IMG/VR virus record: IMGVR_UViG_3300048599_000246
Coordinates: 1-62,475 of that record
DNA from: a virus
Lineage: Duplodnaviria; Caudoviricetes
Length of the DNA stretch: 62,475 nt
Reading direction: 5' to 3' (one strand)
Positions 19,327-28,866 of the stretch are shown here, in pieces (positions within the stretch are counted from its first letter, which is position 1; the number at the start of each line of letters is the position of its first letter). The notes under the pieces were generated by a model. The model did no database searches. It was not told the DNA's origin and was given only the letters and a program-made list of their open reading frames with translations. The translations under genes were made by a program, and so were the position numbers.

Positions 19327-19805
19327 TCTGCCCACAAAAAAGAGGGTCCGCTGGTGAGGCGGACCCCGTTGTTTGGTGACAACTTTTTGCAAGGAGCGGA
19401 AACCCTTGCAGAGAGACAGAATGAACCCCACTCGTAAGGGAGAACATGTGTCAACACGATACTACACCAAGTATTCAACTGGTTCAAACTTCTCTGCTTC
19501 TTCAGTCGGCACGTTGCCCCCCCTGTAGGGGCAGTATGCGCCCGGAGACTGGCGGCAACATTTTCACCGCGAAACGTTTGGGCCAGGGTAGAATAGAGAC
19601 ACCCCCGGCGGCCTGGCATCCGTCGAGGGGATCAATTTCTCGGCTCCGAGTGGAGGGAGCCTCAAGTAGGCCGGCGCGGCGAGGAGGCCGCGAACCGGAA
19701 TCAATGCGTCAATGGAGGACGCACCGATGAAACTAGTTTACCAGAAAAGCCCCCTGCGCGTTGGACAAAAGCAGGGGCGCAGCAAGTGTGCCCCGGAGAT
19801 CCGGA

Positions 19806-20780
19806 ATGGATAAGTATCTCCGGCCCTATCTGCTTCACAACACCATGTCCGTCAACCGGCCGCTCCTTCAGGTCAAGGGGCTTTCGCTGGCTGCGAAGAT
19901 GGTCTATACGGTGTTGTGCCGGGTGTCGAGCGGGAAGAATTACGCGTTCCCATCGGTGGCTACCTTGTGCGAAGAACTTGCCATCTCGCGCGATATCGTC
20001 ATCTCGGCATTGAAGGACCTGGTTGCATACGGGTTCCTGGAACGCAGGCGGCGCGGTCAGGGGCAGACGAACATCTACTATTTTCTGAATCACCCGATCT
20101 TCCAGGGATTCAGTTGTGACACACCTGATGAGCCCCCGGAAAAACAGGGCGGAGAACAGGAAGATGCGCAGAATGAAGCACTTGCCCAGAAGTCGGGAAA
20201 TCCAACTTCTAGAAGTCGGGAAAGTCGATTTCTAGAAGTTGAGAAAGCCGATTTCAAGGAGTCGGGAAAGCCGATTTCTAGAAGTCGAGAAAGCCGACCC
20301 GTAGTTTTAGAGAGTAGTTTACGAGGAAGACTTAACGGACGGAGCGACCGTTCGTCCGGCTCCTCTGAGGAGGAAAAAACAACGCCGCCGACGAACGAAC
20401 CTGGCGGCGAATACTTCGAGGGCGTGCGCAATCTGCTGACGGCGTACATGGAGGGGGTGCTTGACGAGCCCGCGGACGACGTAATCGTGCGGAAAACGAT
20501 AGCGGCAGCACGCGGGGCGTCCCTCGACACACTCCAGCGGTTTTACCGATCGCTGTACCAGAACGACCAAGCACCGAAGAACCCGAACGGACCCCGGAAG
20601 TACAGTTGGTTCCCCGTAGTGACGAGGAAGCACTTCGAGGCCCCCGCGAATCCGCCCGTCGCCCACCCGCAAACGGCAACGCGGCACAAGACCCATCCCC
20701 GATCCGGCGCAGGGCTCACGCTCGCCGGGAACAACTCGCTGATAGCGGAACTGGCGAGCCAAAGCGATACGACAGCTTAA
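19806..20780 (+). CDS. Phage replication initiator (N-terminal HTH_36-type winged helix)
   Basis: LSLAAKMVY...AFPSVATLCEEL..SR..V...LKDL...GFL; internal tandem repeats. Confidence 0.8.
   Translation: MDKYLRPYLLHNTMSVNRPLLQVKGLSLAAKMVYTVLCRVSSGKNYAFPSVATLCEELAISRDIVISALKDLVAYGFLERRRRGQGQTNIYYFLNHPIFQGFSCDTPDEPPEKQGGEQEDAQNEALAQKSGNPTSRSRESRFLEVEKADFKESGKPISRSRESRPVVLESSLRGRLNGRSDRSSGSSEEEKTTPPTNEPGGEYFEGVRNLLTAYMEGVLDEPADDVIVRKTIAAARGASLDTLQRFYRSLYQNDQAPKNPNGPRKYSWFPVVTRKHFEAPANPPVAHPQTATRHKTHPRSGAGLTLAGNNSLIAELASQSDTTA
20188..20297 (+). repeat. Origin iterons: ~4.8 tandem 23-bp repeats (AGAAGTCGGGAAAGYCGATTTCT)
   Basis: Units start at 20188, 20211, 20234, 20257 and 20280 inside the initiator gene. 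Confidence 0.85.
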
Positions 20781-20830
20781 AAGAGTTTTACGAACTTGTT
20801 TGGTGACGCAGTAATTGTAGAGGGAGACGA

Positions 20831-21859
20831 ATGAAATCTCGCATTCCGTGGACAGAACAGACGTGGAATCCATTCGAGGGCTGCACACACGCAACGGACG
20901 GGTGCGCACATTGTTGTGCGGAGCGGTTTGCCGGCCGGTTTTGCGGCACAGGAGGCATCACGGAAGGGCTGGCGGTATCTACGCCGGACGGCGCGCGCTG
21001 GACGGGCAACGTTCGTGTGATGACCAACCGGCTCGACCAGCCGCGGCGCAATAAACAACCGACAGTGTATTTCGTCAACTCAAGGTCGGACACTTTCCAC
21101 AAGGGTTTTTCAGTGGATCAAATCCTCGGGTTGTTCGACACGATGAGGGAGTGCCCACAACACGTTTTCATCATCCTCACGAAGCGCGTGCAGCGGTTGC
21201 TCTCCGTGCTGTACGGGCCGGAGGGCGGCCATTACCTCGGCAGCAACGACAGCATATCGAACGTCTGGCTGGGCGCCTCACTCTCGCGCCAGCGCGACGT
21301 AGACTCGATGCTCCCGGTATTGTTCGCGTGCGGCCCCGGCTGGCATTACCTCGTCAGCGTGGAGCCGATGCTCGAAGCGCTCGACTTCACGCCCCCGGAG
21401 TTTCGGGGCATGGGGACGAATCGCAATCTTTGGCTGCGGTTCCTTGATTGGGCGATCTGCAGTGGGGAGACTGGGAAGGATTCACGGCCGATGCACCCGC
21501 AGTGGGCGCGTGACTTCCGCGATGCCTGCCTCAATCGCACCGATGCGTGGCGGCCCTGGCCGCTGCCGTTTTTCTTCAAGTCGTGGGGCGACTGGAAACC
21601 GTCGCGACTATTCGGCCACAAGTCGATAAACCTGTACCGAGACGGAACAAGTATGGAAGTCCGGTGCCGGCGTCTCGACATTGCCGAAGAGCCCGTCCAG
21701 ATGACCCGGCACCCGAAGGACCGAGATTGTTTCTTGGATGGGAAAAAGTATTTGCAATTTCCCTGTTTCAAGGACGGTGATCCGCCAGCCGCCACGAAGA
21801 TGGCCGCCAGGATGTATGCAAAGGCCCTGGAACCATTCGCGGAGGCGGCCTGTGCGTAG
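20831..21859 (+). CDS. DUF5131 (Gp37/Gp68) radical-SAM-like protein
   Basis: SRIPWTEQTWNP..GC......CAHC, FVNSRSDTFH, LTKR, SVEPML, GETG..SRPMHP.W, FFFKSWG. Confidence 0.9.
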   Translation: MKSRIPWTEQTWNPFEGCTHATDGCAHCCAERFAGRFCGTGGITEGLAVSTPDGARWTGNVRVMTNRLDQPRRNKQPTVYFVNSRSDTFHKGFSVDQILGLFDTMRECPQHVFIILTKRVQRLLSVLYGPEGGHYLGSNDSISNVWLGASLSRQRDVDSMLPVLFACGPGWHYLVSVEPMLEALDFTPPEFRGMGTNRNLWLRFLDWAICSGETGKDSRPMHPQWARDFRDACLNRTDAWRPWPLPFFFKSWGDWKPSRLFGHKSINLYRDGTSMEVRCRRLDIAEEPVQMTRHPKDRDCFLDGKKYLQFPCFKDGDPPAATKMAARMYAKALEPFAEAACA

Positions 21860-22187
21860 CCAAGCCTTGTGTGATTCAACGGCCGCAGTGCGGCGGGAAG
21901 TCACCCTAATCAACGAGCATCTATCTGGTGCGGACATGATCTTGCAGGAGCGGGCCCGGCAACTCGGCATCGAGGGATGGACGCCAGAACATGACGCCCA
22001 TTACAAGAACCACGAATTGATTTGGGCGGCGATATGCTACGCGTCCCCGGTGCTTTTGGACTTCTGGCCGTGGGCGAAGAAGTACGACAAACGGGCGAAG
22101 CATCCCCGCCTGCGGCAACTCGCGATAGCGGGCGCTCTGATCGCCGCGGAAATAGACCGGCTGAAGGCGGAAGGCGTAACGGCCTGA
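21852..22187 (+). CDS. Hypothetical phage protein
   Basis: ERARQ...EGWTPEHD...AGALIAAEIDRL, a recurrent phage motif. Confidence 0.7.
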   Translation: MRSQALCDSTAAVRREVTLINEHLSGADMILQERARQLGIEGWTPEHDAHYKNHELIWAAICYASPVLLDFWPWAKKYDKRAKHPRLRQLAIAGALIAAEIDRLKAEGVTA

Positions 22188-22227
22188 AGCGTTGAGATGG
22201 GCGGGCACGGAAAGCGTCCGCCCATTC

Positions 22228-23145
22228 TCATGGGTTCACCTGGAGGCCCAGACGGTCGCAGGGCGCGTCTTCCAGGTTCTGTTTGACCCCAAGATAGCGC
22301 ATCGTGGTTGCGATGTCCTGGTGCCCCAGGGAAAGTTGGATCTGCTCAAGCGGCGAACCGCCCTTGTGGCAGAGTTTCGCGAAGGTGCGCCGGAGGTCGT
22401 GCGGTGCAGCGATCACGCCAGCCTTCGCGGTGTAGTATCCGAGCAGATCGTAGACGGTCTGATCTGTCATGCGGTCACCGATGAGTTTGCCGGCCTTGTT
22501 CAACGGACGGAAGACGCACCCGTCTTGGATCCCGGCCGCGTGCGCCCAGGTGTCGATAAGCGATTTCGCCCAACCGGGCATCGGGACAGTCCGGACATGA
22601 CCCGACTTGCCCACAATGTCGATCAGCGCCCACCTGCCATCGCGCTGTTGGATACGGTCCATCCCCAGGTTTGCGGCCTCGTCACGACGTAGGCCGGTCC
22701 CGATGAGAAGGCCGAGCAGCGCGCGGTCGCGCTTCCCCTTCAGCGTGCTGGCGTCCGGGAGACCGATCAACTTCTCGGCTTCCTCGCGTGTCAACCAACG
22801 GCCCGTACGCTGGCCCACGATGCGCGCGCCCTTCACACGGCCGATCCCGGCGGCAAGCTCCGGCGACATGAGACCGTTGTCGGCGGCCTCGGCTGCCAGG
22901 CGGCGGATCGCGGTCATGCGGACGTTGATGGTCGAAGGGGCGTAACCCTTGGCGTCAAGGGTAGAACGGTAGCCCTGCACGGCGGCCTTGGTGAAGCCGC
23001 GGTGTGGTTGCGTTGCGTACCAGTCTAAGAAGTCCTGAAGTGCCCTGTCGTAAGCGCGCTTCGAGTTCCGCGCGGCAACGGTGTCGAGCACCAGCAGTTT
23101 AAGCTGGCCGAGCCCGTCGTGATGTTGCGGGACAAGAGCGTTCAT
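22228..23145 (-). CDS. Tyrosine recombinase (Xer/integrase family)
   Basis: RDRALL..L..TGLRR.E, GKSG..RTVP, PHDLRRTFA, LGHQDIATT.RY. Confidence 0.92.
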   Translation of the reverse strand: MNALVPQHHDGLGQLKLLVLDTVAARNSKRAYDRALQDFLDWYATQPHRGFTKAAVQGYRSTLDAKGYAPSTINVRMTAIRRLAAEAADNGLMSPELAAGIGRVKGARIVGQRTGRWLTREEAEKLIGLPDASTLKGKRDRALLGLLIGTGLRRDEAANLGMDRIQQRDGRWALIDIVGKSGHVRTVPMPGWAKSLIDTWAHAAGIQDGCVFRPLNKAGKLIGDRMTDQTVYDLLGYYTAKAGVIAAPHDLRRTFAKLCHKGGSPLEQIQLSLGHQDIATTMRYLGVKQNLEDAPCDRLGLQVNP

Positions 23146-23164
23146 AACCCCATTTTAAGCGGAA
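23137..23164. promoter_or_regulatory. dif-like recombination/binding site overlapping the recombinase start codon
   Basis: Minus strand TTCCGCTTAAA-ATGGGG-TTATGAACGCT (11-6-11). Confidence 0.45.
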
Positions 23165-23184
23165 AACAACGAGGAAAATCTGAA

Positions 23185-23532
23185 ATGTTTGGTGACTCAG
23201 TGAGTGGAGCGGCGCCCCAAGCGGCAGCCGCAGAGCCCCATCCGATCAATCCGGAATGGGCAAAGGAACGGTGTTGGAAGATCGCAAGCAAACTCCCGGC
23301 GCGGGTGATTCTGTCGGGAAAGGAAATCTACTGGGGGCCAATGACGATTTCCTATGGAGTTTATCGGAAGATGCTCCAGGTAGTGCAGGAGGGTTGGTTC
23401 AGCAAGAAACTGCCCCCGAGTATGGGCTCCAGTTACTCGTTCCGGAACGGCTGCGGACGGTTCTGGTTCGAGAAGAAAGCGTATGCCCAAGCGCACTTCG
23501 ACGCGCTGAAGACGGCGGGGGTGGTCGAGTGA
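23185..23532 (+). CDS. Hypothetical protein
   Basis: GAGG RBS; coupled to the next gene. Confidence 0.55.
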   Translation: MFGDSVSGAAPQAAAAEPHPINPEWAKERCWKIASKLPARVILSGKEIYWGPMTISYGVYRKMLQVVQEGWFSKKLPPSMGSSYSFRNGCGRFWFEKKAYAQAHFDALKTAGVVE

Positions 23533-24116
23533 ACGACATACTGAGCCGGCTATTGCGAGCCCACCAACGTATCGCCCATTCCGAGCGGCGCATCGGCGAC
23601 CTGCTCAGCGATATGAACATGGCCTCAATCGAAATCCTGGGCGGGGCGCCCGACAGGGCGGTACGCCGTCTCGATGGCGCACAGTCCGACTGGGCGAGCG
23701 ACGGCACGATCTGGGACACGCAGACTTCCGCCGGGGCGTTTAACGCTGCCGTTGAAGCTCTGGAGAGCGCGTTCCTGAACTGCATTGTTGCCGAGAACGC
23801 GTTCCAGTCGTGCCGCTGCGCATTGTTGGCCGGCCGCGCAAGGCACCTGCAACACGCGATTCAAACGGAGACGCTGGACCACCTGATACTTCCGCGCGAT
23901 GGAAGCAACGTCCCGGAGGAAATCCGCGGTGAGGTACTCGCGGCGTTGGCGGACATCGGGCCTGAGCCTACCGACCTGTATTCTGCTGCGCACAAGTTCG
24001 TGGCCGCTTCCGCCGCTCAGGCCACCGCGCCGGCCGCCACGCCGGATGATCGGACGCGAGACGAGGCGGCGGATAGTTTGGGCCGCTATAGGCGCCAGTT
24101 TGGGCCGAAGGACTGA
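23529..24116 (+). CDS. Hypothetical protein
   Basis: GTGA overlap start. Confidence 0.55.
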   Translation: MNDILSRLLRAHQRIAHSERRIGDLLSDMNMASIEILGGAPDRAVRRLDGAQSDWASDGTIWDTQTSAGAFNAAVEALESAFLNCIVAENAFQSCRCALLAGRARHLQHAIQTETLDHLILPRDGSNVPEEIRGEVLAALADIGPEPTDLYSAAHKFVAASAAQATAPAATPDDRTRDEAADSLGRYRRQFGPKD

Positions 24117-24538
24117 TGATGCACCACTACACGAGAATCGCGGTGGTCTGCCCGTATTGCGGCAAGCCTGCGTCGTTGGTTGTCGGCCGTGTGATTTACC
24201 CGCATCGCAGCGATCTAGCTGACAAACCCGTCTGGGCCTGTTTGCCTTGCGGCGCGTGGGTCGGATGCCATCCCGGAACCAAGCGGCCACTCGGACGCCT
24301 CGCCGATGCGGACCTACGCAAAGCGAAGATGGCCGCGCACGCGGCGTTCGATCCGTTGTGGCGGTCGGGCGAGATGCGCCGCAAGGCGGCCTATGCGTGG
24401 CTGGCGAAACAACTCGGGATCACTGGGAAAGAAGCCCATATCGGAATGTTCGACCTCGCCACGTGTCGGCGAGTAGTTGAGACTTGCGAGGCGAGAATCC
24501 GCCAAACGCGCGAGGAGGGAGAAATAGAACATGGCTGA
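24116..24538 (+). CDS. DUF3268 family zinc-finger protein
   Basis: CPYCG...IYPHR.DL...W.C.PC.AWVGCH..T..PLGRLA...HIGMFD. Confidence 0.85.
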   Translation: MMHHYTRIAVVCPYCGKPASLVVGRVIYPHRSDLADKPVWACLPCGAWVGCHPGTKRPLGRLADADLRKAKMAAHAAFDPLWRSGEMRRKAAYAWLAKQLGITGKEAHIGMFDLATCRRVVETCEARIRQTREEGEIEHG

Positions 24539-24962
24539 CCTCGGCTACTTCATTCCGGGGAGTGGTGAAGGGTTCCGCGGCCCAATGGGTTGCGACCTCG
24601 AGGAATTGGACTTCGAGGAACACGGCGAGCACCGCTGTCGGCGGTTCGCGGAACTTGCCGCGGAGATCGCGGCCGAACCGCCGGAGAGAATCATCCATCG
24701 AGCGCCCCGAGAGACGGAGCCGGCGGGACTGTGCGCTATCGAAGGGTGTGACCGGCTGGGGACGCGGCACGGGTTGTGCTTGATGCACTACCAGCGGCAA
24801 AAGCGCGGCGTGCCGATGGAGGGGCGCCATTGCCCCGTCTGTGGAGTGCCGACGCGTAAGGGCCGTTGCCCGGCGCATTCATTGGCGCACAAACGCGCGC
24901 TCTGCGCCGAGTGGCATCACCGCAACGGAGCCGCGAAAGGAAAAGAAATCGAGAGGGGATGA
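24531..24962 (+). CDS. Cys/His-rich zinc-binding protein
   Basis: CAIEGC...GLC.MHY, CPVC...CPAH. Confidence 0.55.
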   Translation: MADLGYFIPGSGEGFRGPMGCDLEELDFEEHGEHRCRRFAELAAEIAAEPPERIIHRAPRETEPAGLCAIEGCDRLGTRHGLCLMHYQRQKRGVPMEGRHCPVCGVPTRKGRCPAHSLAHKRALCAEWHHRNGAAKGKEIERG

Positions 24963-24966
24963 ATCC

Positions 24967-25185
24967 ATGAATACTGAACAAAGCGTTGGCGGTTCTTACC
25001 GCCGTTTCGTTGGAAGGAACCTTGACAGCCCGGGCCTGACTGTTGAGTACATCAAGCGCCCGGCGACCTGTAAGCGGAAGGCCTGCGGCAAGCGGTTCTT
25101 GAAGACGAGCCCACGGCATGAGTATTGCTGCCGCGCGTGCAGGAAAGCGGCCGAATGCGAGCGGGCGCAGCGGAGCAAACGGTGA
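24967..25185 (+). CDS. Small zinc-ribbon protein
   Basis: CKRKACGKRF...YCCRAC. Confidence 0.5.
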   Translation: MNTEQSVGGSYRRFVGRNLDSPGLTVEYIKRPATCKRKACGKRFLKTSPRHEYCCRACRKAAECERAQRSKR

Positions 25186-25520
25186 GCGCGGCGCTGAAGT
25201 TCGGGGACTCGGCGAAAAAGAAACGCCACCAGGAAACCAAGGAACCGCACGCGTGGAACTGGTCACCATTCCCCAAGGGGATCATAGGCAAGACGCTGTA
25301 CGCGAAAGACCAAGCGGAGAAAATATGGAACGGGCTCGCGGAACTGGCGCGCGAGTGGGGAGTAGCCGACCGCCTGGCGGCCGACTTTGCGGGGATGAAG
25401 GATGAGTGCAAGGCGGGAGAGTTTGAAACCGCCCAATGCTACTATTACCGAATCCAGGCCGGCCTGTTACGGGAGAGCGTTGCCCGCTATGGACTCGGGG
25501 AAGAGGGAAAGGTGGCTTGA
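25182..25520 (+). CDS. Hypothetical protein
   Basis: Coupled GTGA start. Confidence 0.5.
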   Translation: MSAALKFGDSAKKKRHQETKEPHAWNWSPFPKGIIGKTLYAKDQAEKIWNGLAELAREWGVADRLAADFAGMKDECKAGEFETAQCYYYRIQAGLLRESVARYGLGEEGKVA

Positions 25521-25524
25521 GGGC

Positions 25525-25935
25525 ATGCGGAAAATCAAACGGCCAACGGCCTACGAGACGACGTGCGTTTACCACGGCCGCCCGCTGGTGGTAGTCAAGT
25601 ATCCGGATCACCTGGAGATCCGAGAGAAGCACCGGCGCCGCAAGAACGCCGTGCGCGTGCCGTACCTGGCGGTGTTCGAGACGGGCGGCGGTATCGCGTG
25701 GTTGACCGGCGAACAACCGCCGGCACCGGCGCGGCCGATCCCGGCGGCGACCAAGGCGGAAGTCTTGGCCGCAATCAATGAAGCGCTGGACCGCGCGGAG
25801 GCCTCCCCAAAACATCGTTGGTACAACACGCCAAAGCAGACCTGGCGCGCGGCGGTTTCGTGGATGAAAGACGATCTGATAGACGCTATCGAGCGGTTGT
25901 ACAAGGAGGAGAATCTTGACGAGCCTACAGCGTAA
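25525..25935 (+). CDS. Hypothetical protein
   Basis: In operon; plausible composition. Confidence 0.55.
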   Translation: MRKIKRPTAYETTCVYHGRPLVVVKYPDHLEIREKHRRRKNAVRVPYLAVFETGGGIAWLTGEQPPAPARPIPAATKAEVLAAINEALDRAEASPKHRWYNTPKQTWRAAVSWMKDDLIDAIERLYKEENLDEPTA

Positions 25936-26452
25936 CGCCATCCTGGCGATCGCATTCGCGGCGTCTGCATACCTATTGGCCGGCGCCCGCGGCCCGCGCG
26001 AAATCTACATGGCGCGGGTTGTGGCGGTAGCGGACGGCGACACCGTAACGGTGCTCAAGGGCCTGGCCCAGATCAAGGTGCGGCTCTGGGGGATTGACTG
26101 CCCAGAGAAGCGCCAGGCGTTCGGTGATCGGGCAAAACGGTTCACGGGTGATCTTGCATTTGGGAAGGTGGTAACGGTCGCCGCCTACAACGGGGACCGC
26201 TACGGCCGGACGGTCGCGGAGATCACATTGCCGGACGGTCGGAACCTCAACCGGGAACTGGTGCGGGCGGGACTCGCCTGGTGGTATCAGCGCTACGCCC
26301 CACGCGCGCGCGATTACTCGGACCTCGAGGCGGAAGCGCGCGCGGCGCGGCGCGGGTTATGGGCCGATCCGGCGCCAGTGGCCCCCTGGGACTTCCGGAG
26401 AGCCAGGCGGTCGTCTACCGGGGCGGCCAGCGCAGCGTATCCTCCCCGCTGA
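25916..26452 (+). CDS. Thermonuclease (SNase-like) with N-terminal signal/TM
   Basis: VADGDTV, VRLWGIDCPE, DRYGR, LVRAGLAW, ARAARRGLW. Confidence 0.92.
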   Translation: MTSLQRNAILAIAFAASAYLLAGARGPREIYMARVVAVADGDTVTVLKGLAQIKVRLWGIDCPEKRQAFGDRAKRFTGDLAFGKVVTVAAYNGDRYGRTVAEITLPDGRNLNRELVRAGLAWWYQRYAPRARDYSDLEAEARAARRGLWADPAPVAPWDFRRARRSSTGAASAAYPPR

Positions 26453-26642
26453 GGAATACCCCGTCCTCTTCACTGGTATAGAGCGCGGGGCGTTCATCAG
26501 GTCTAAAGGACCACTCGTAACGCCCGGCCTCCCAAGTGCCGTCAGCCTTCAGGCGTTCGAGCACCGTGCCAGCGTGAACTGGCTCGCCGTCCAGGTAATG
26601 GCGGAGCCCGCCGTCCTCTTGTTGCACTTCGAGCGGTCCCAT
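26415..26642 (-). CDS. DUF5348-like small protein
   Basis: HYLDGEPVHAG..LE.....GTW..GRYE. Confidence 0.6.
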   Translation of the reverse strand: MGPLEVQQEDGGLRHYLDGEPVHAGTVLERLKADGTWEAGRYEWSFRPDERPALYTSEEDGVFLSGEDTLRWPPR

Positions 26643-26701
26643 GCGGTCGATTCTACCTCAAAGCACCTTCACAGCCGGTCGCCCCGGCTTCATGTTCAAG
26701 T

Positions 26702-26752
26702 GGGGCGGGTGATCTTCTATAAGTGTCTTTATCATAGATAATCTCCCGCCCC
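26702..26752. promoter_or_regulatory. Inverted repeat enclosing a dif-like 28-mer (26712-26739)
   Basis: ggggcgggtgat...atctcccgcccc arms; core ATCTTCTATAA-GTGTCT-TTATCATAGAT. Confidence 0.5.
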
Positions 26753-26807
26753 TTTCCCAACGTTGTTGCGCGGTCACGTCATAACATAATGAAAGGAGCG
26801 GAACTCC

Positions 26808-27494
26808 ATGCAGTCTGACGGTAATACTGAAAACAAAGAACTTTCACCCTCGAAGGATGAACTGAGTAAACCTTATGCCGAGTGGCCCTACTTCGCAAAG
26901 GCGCTCGCCAGGGTAGAGGAGTGCTGGGCCGATACCTGGAGCCTCATCAACGCGGGCGGCCTGGTGCAACACCAAACTGAACTGGCTCGCCTCTTGGCAG
27001 ACTTCGCTGATGATATGGCAACGGAGGAGACGGGGTGTCTGCGGGTAGAGAACGAACGGTTGACTAGGTGGAAGAAGTTGATAGAGGCGTGTCCCGAGGG
27101 CGCGCGGGCGATCACGATAGATCGGTTCCTTCAGACCGAGCGTATGCAACCGATCTTGCTGGAGTGGAAGAAGAGGGTAGCGCGGTTGACAGAGGTGATC
27201 GACTCCGCCTTGGACGCGATGTTCAAGATGGGGAACCGGCTAAACCTGTCGGCGGTCGAGTTGAAGGCGGCTTACCCGGCGATAGAATCGGCGCGTGTGG
27301 CGCTGGAAGGCGCATGGAGCAGGTCCGAAGTGGTTGTAGTGCAGTCCGAGGTTGATCGGCTGAGGCGCGTGCTGAAGCGTATAGCCGGCACAGAGGATCC
27401 CGAACGGGTGCCGCGTCTGCAAGACGCCGTCACCTTGCGGGAACTCGCCGCGGCGGCCCTGCGCGGGGAGGAGGCCCCCGAGAATGGCGACTGA
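26808..27494 (+). CDS. Hypothetical coiled-coil protein
   Basis: AAGGAGCGGAA RBS. Confidence 0.65.
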   Translation: MQSDGNTENKELSPSKDELSKPYAEWPYFAKALARVEECWADTWSLINAGGLVQHQTELARLLADFADDMATEETGCLRVENERLTRWKKLIEACPEGARAITIDRFLQTERMQPILLEWKKRVARLTEVIDSALDAMFKMGNRLNLSAVELKAAYPAIESARVALEGAWSRSEVVVVQSEVDRLRRVLKRIAGTEDPERVPRLQDAVTLRELAAAALRGEEAPENGD

Positions 27495-28035
27495 ACTACT
27501 TCCCCGCCCCGGCCGGGATCCCAGTCGAGTGCCACGCTGGACGATCTGCAATCCTCCGGAGACTACGGAACTTATGTTCGACCCAGGCGACCACTTCCGG
27601 ATTGATTGGGACAGTCTGGACACGGGCGGAATCGTCCTGACCGTAAGTCGGAAGGACGCCCAGGTTCCGCCGTTGGACCGCATGCTGCGCGACCGAATAA
27701 CGCGCTTAGGAAAACGCATCAGTGATCTCGAAGCGCAACTCGCCACGGCGACGTATGAAACCGAAATGGCTCGCGAAGCCTTGCGCGCGCGAGCGGGCCG
27801 TGAAGCGGCCGACATGCAGTCAGCCAACGCTGTCGTATGGAGGAAGCGGGCGAAACTGGAGCACGTCGTGGACCGGATCCTCCGTCAGTATGAGCGGCCA
27901 GGCGATCCGATGGGCGACCGGGCGGACGTGCTGAAAGCCATCGTGCAACGCCTCGGCAAAGGATCGGAAGCGGACAATCCGGACATGGCCGGAAGCGTCC
28001 GGGAGGAGGGTTCTCACGATGGCACGGCCGGTTGA
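27484..28035 (+). CDS. Hypothetical protein
   Basis: Coupled ORF. Confidence 0.6.
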   Translation: MATELLPRPGRDPSRVPRWTICNPPETTELMFDPGDHFRIDWDSLDTGGIVLTVSRKDAQVPPLDRMLRDRITRLGKRISDLEAQLATATYETEMAREALRARAGREAADMQSANAVVWRKRAKLEHVVDRILRQYERPGDPMGDRADVLKAIVQRLGKGSEADNPDMAGSVREEGSHDGTAG

Positions 28036-28516
28036 GTGGACGCAACGCCTGGCCCAGATCAACATGGCGTTGGAAGGGATACCGATTGAGCAACTGGACC
28101 GCCGCTGCGTCGAGTCGATATTCGGCGTGAGCGCGTCCCAGGCGTTGCGGATCATGCGCCAGGTCGGAGGCTACAAGTATGGAAAGAGCTTCGTGGTGGA
28201 CCGGCGGAAGTTGATTCAGTGGGCGAACCGGAAAGGGGAAGACCCGGACGTGGGCAGGGAGCGGCACCGGTTTGTGAAGGTGACGGACTCGCTGGAGAAG
28301 ATCCGTGATGACTGGGAGGCGCGCCGGCACACGTTCCGGGTGGAGAAGGCAGCGGAATACCGCGGGATGGACGAATTGCCAGAAGGGGTAAAGCTGGGGA
28401 AGGGAAGTCTACTGATCGAGTTCGCGAACGCCGAAGACTTGATGCAAAAACTATACGCTCTGGGGAAGGCGATGGCGCATGACTTCGAGACGTTCGAGAA
28501 GATTTGCAGAGGGTAG
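28019..28516 (+). CDS. Hypothetical DNA-binding protein
   Basis: LDRRCVESIFGVSASQALRIM, HTH-like. Confidence 0.6.
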   Translation: MARPVEWTQRLAQINMALEGIPIEQLDRRCVESIFGVSASQALRIMRQVGGYKYGKSFVVDRRKLIQWANRKGEDPDVGRERHRFVKVTDSLEKIRDDWEARRHTFRVEKAAEYRGMDELPEGVKLGKGSLLIEFANAEDLMQKLYALGKAMAHDFETFEKICRG

Positions 28517-28571
28517 GGAGGACGAATCGGGACCGTTCCGGACATGGGCCGAAGCGGTCCCGATTGAGGGG

Positions 28572-28865
28572 CTAACGGAGGATCTTCGCAAAGACGGCTG
28601 CACCGATCACGCTAACGAGCGCGGAGACGATGCCAGAGATTACGACGATAACCCGCCACGACCCCTTCCTGCGGCCGGTTTCTGTGGCTGCTGCGATCCG
28701 TTGTTCTTGTAGCGCCTTCTCGTGTTCGGCCACCTTGCCGTTGGTGGAATCGACGCGTTGGAGGATTACTTCCTGCTTCGCTTCGATGCGGGCAAGGCGT
28801 TCGATCAGGTGCAATTCAAAGTTGGTGTAGGTGGATTCGCCGGATTCGGCGGTGAGGTCGCCCAT
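28572..28865 (-). CDS. Coiled-coil protein with C-terminal TM (XhlA/holin-like)
   Basis: ERLARIEAK...NGKVAEHEK; C-terminal hydrophobic helix. Confidence 0.55.
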   Translation of the reverse strand: MGDLTAESGESTYTNFELHLIERLARIEAKQEVILQRVDSTNGKVAEHEKALQEQRIAAATETGRRKGSWRVIVVISGIVSALVSVIGAAVFAKILR

Positions 28866-28866
28866 C

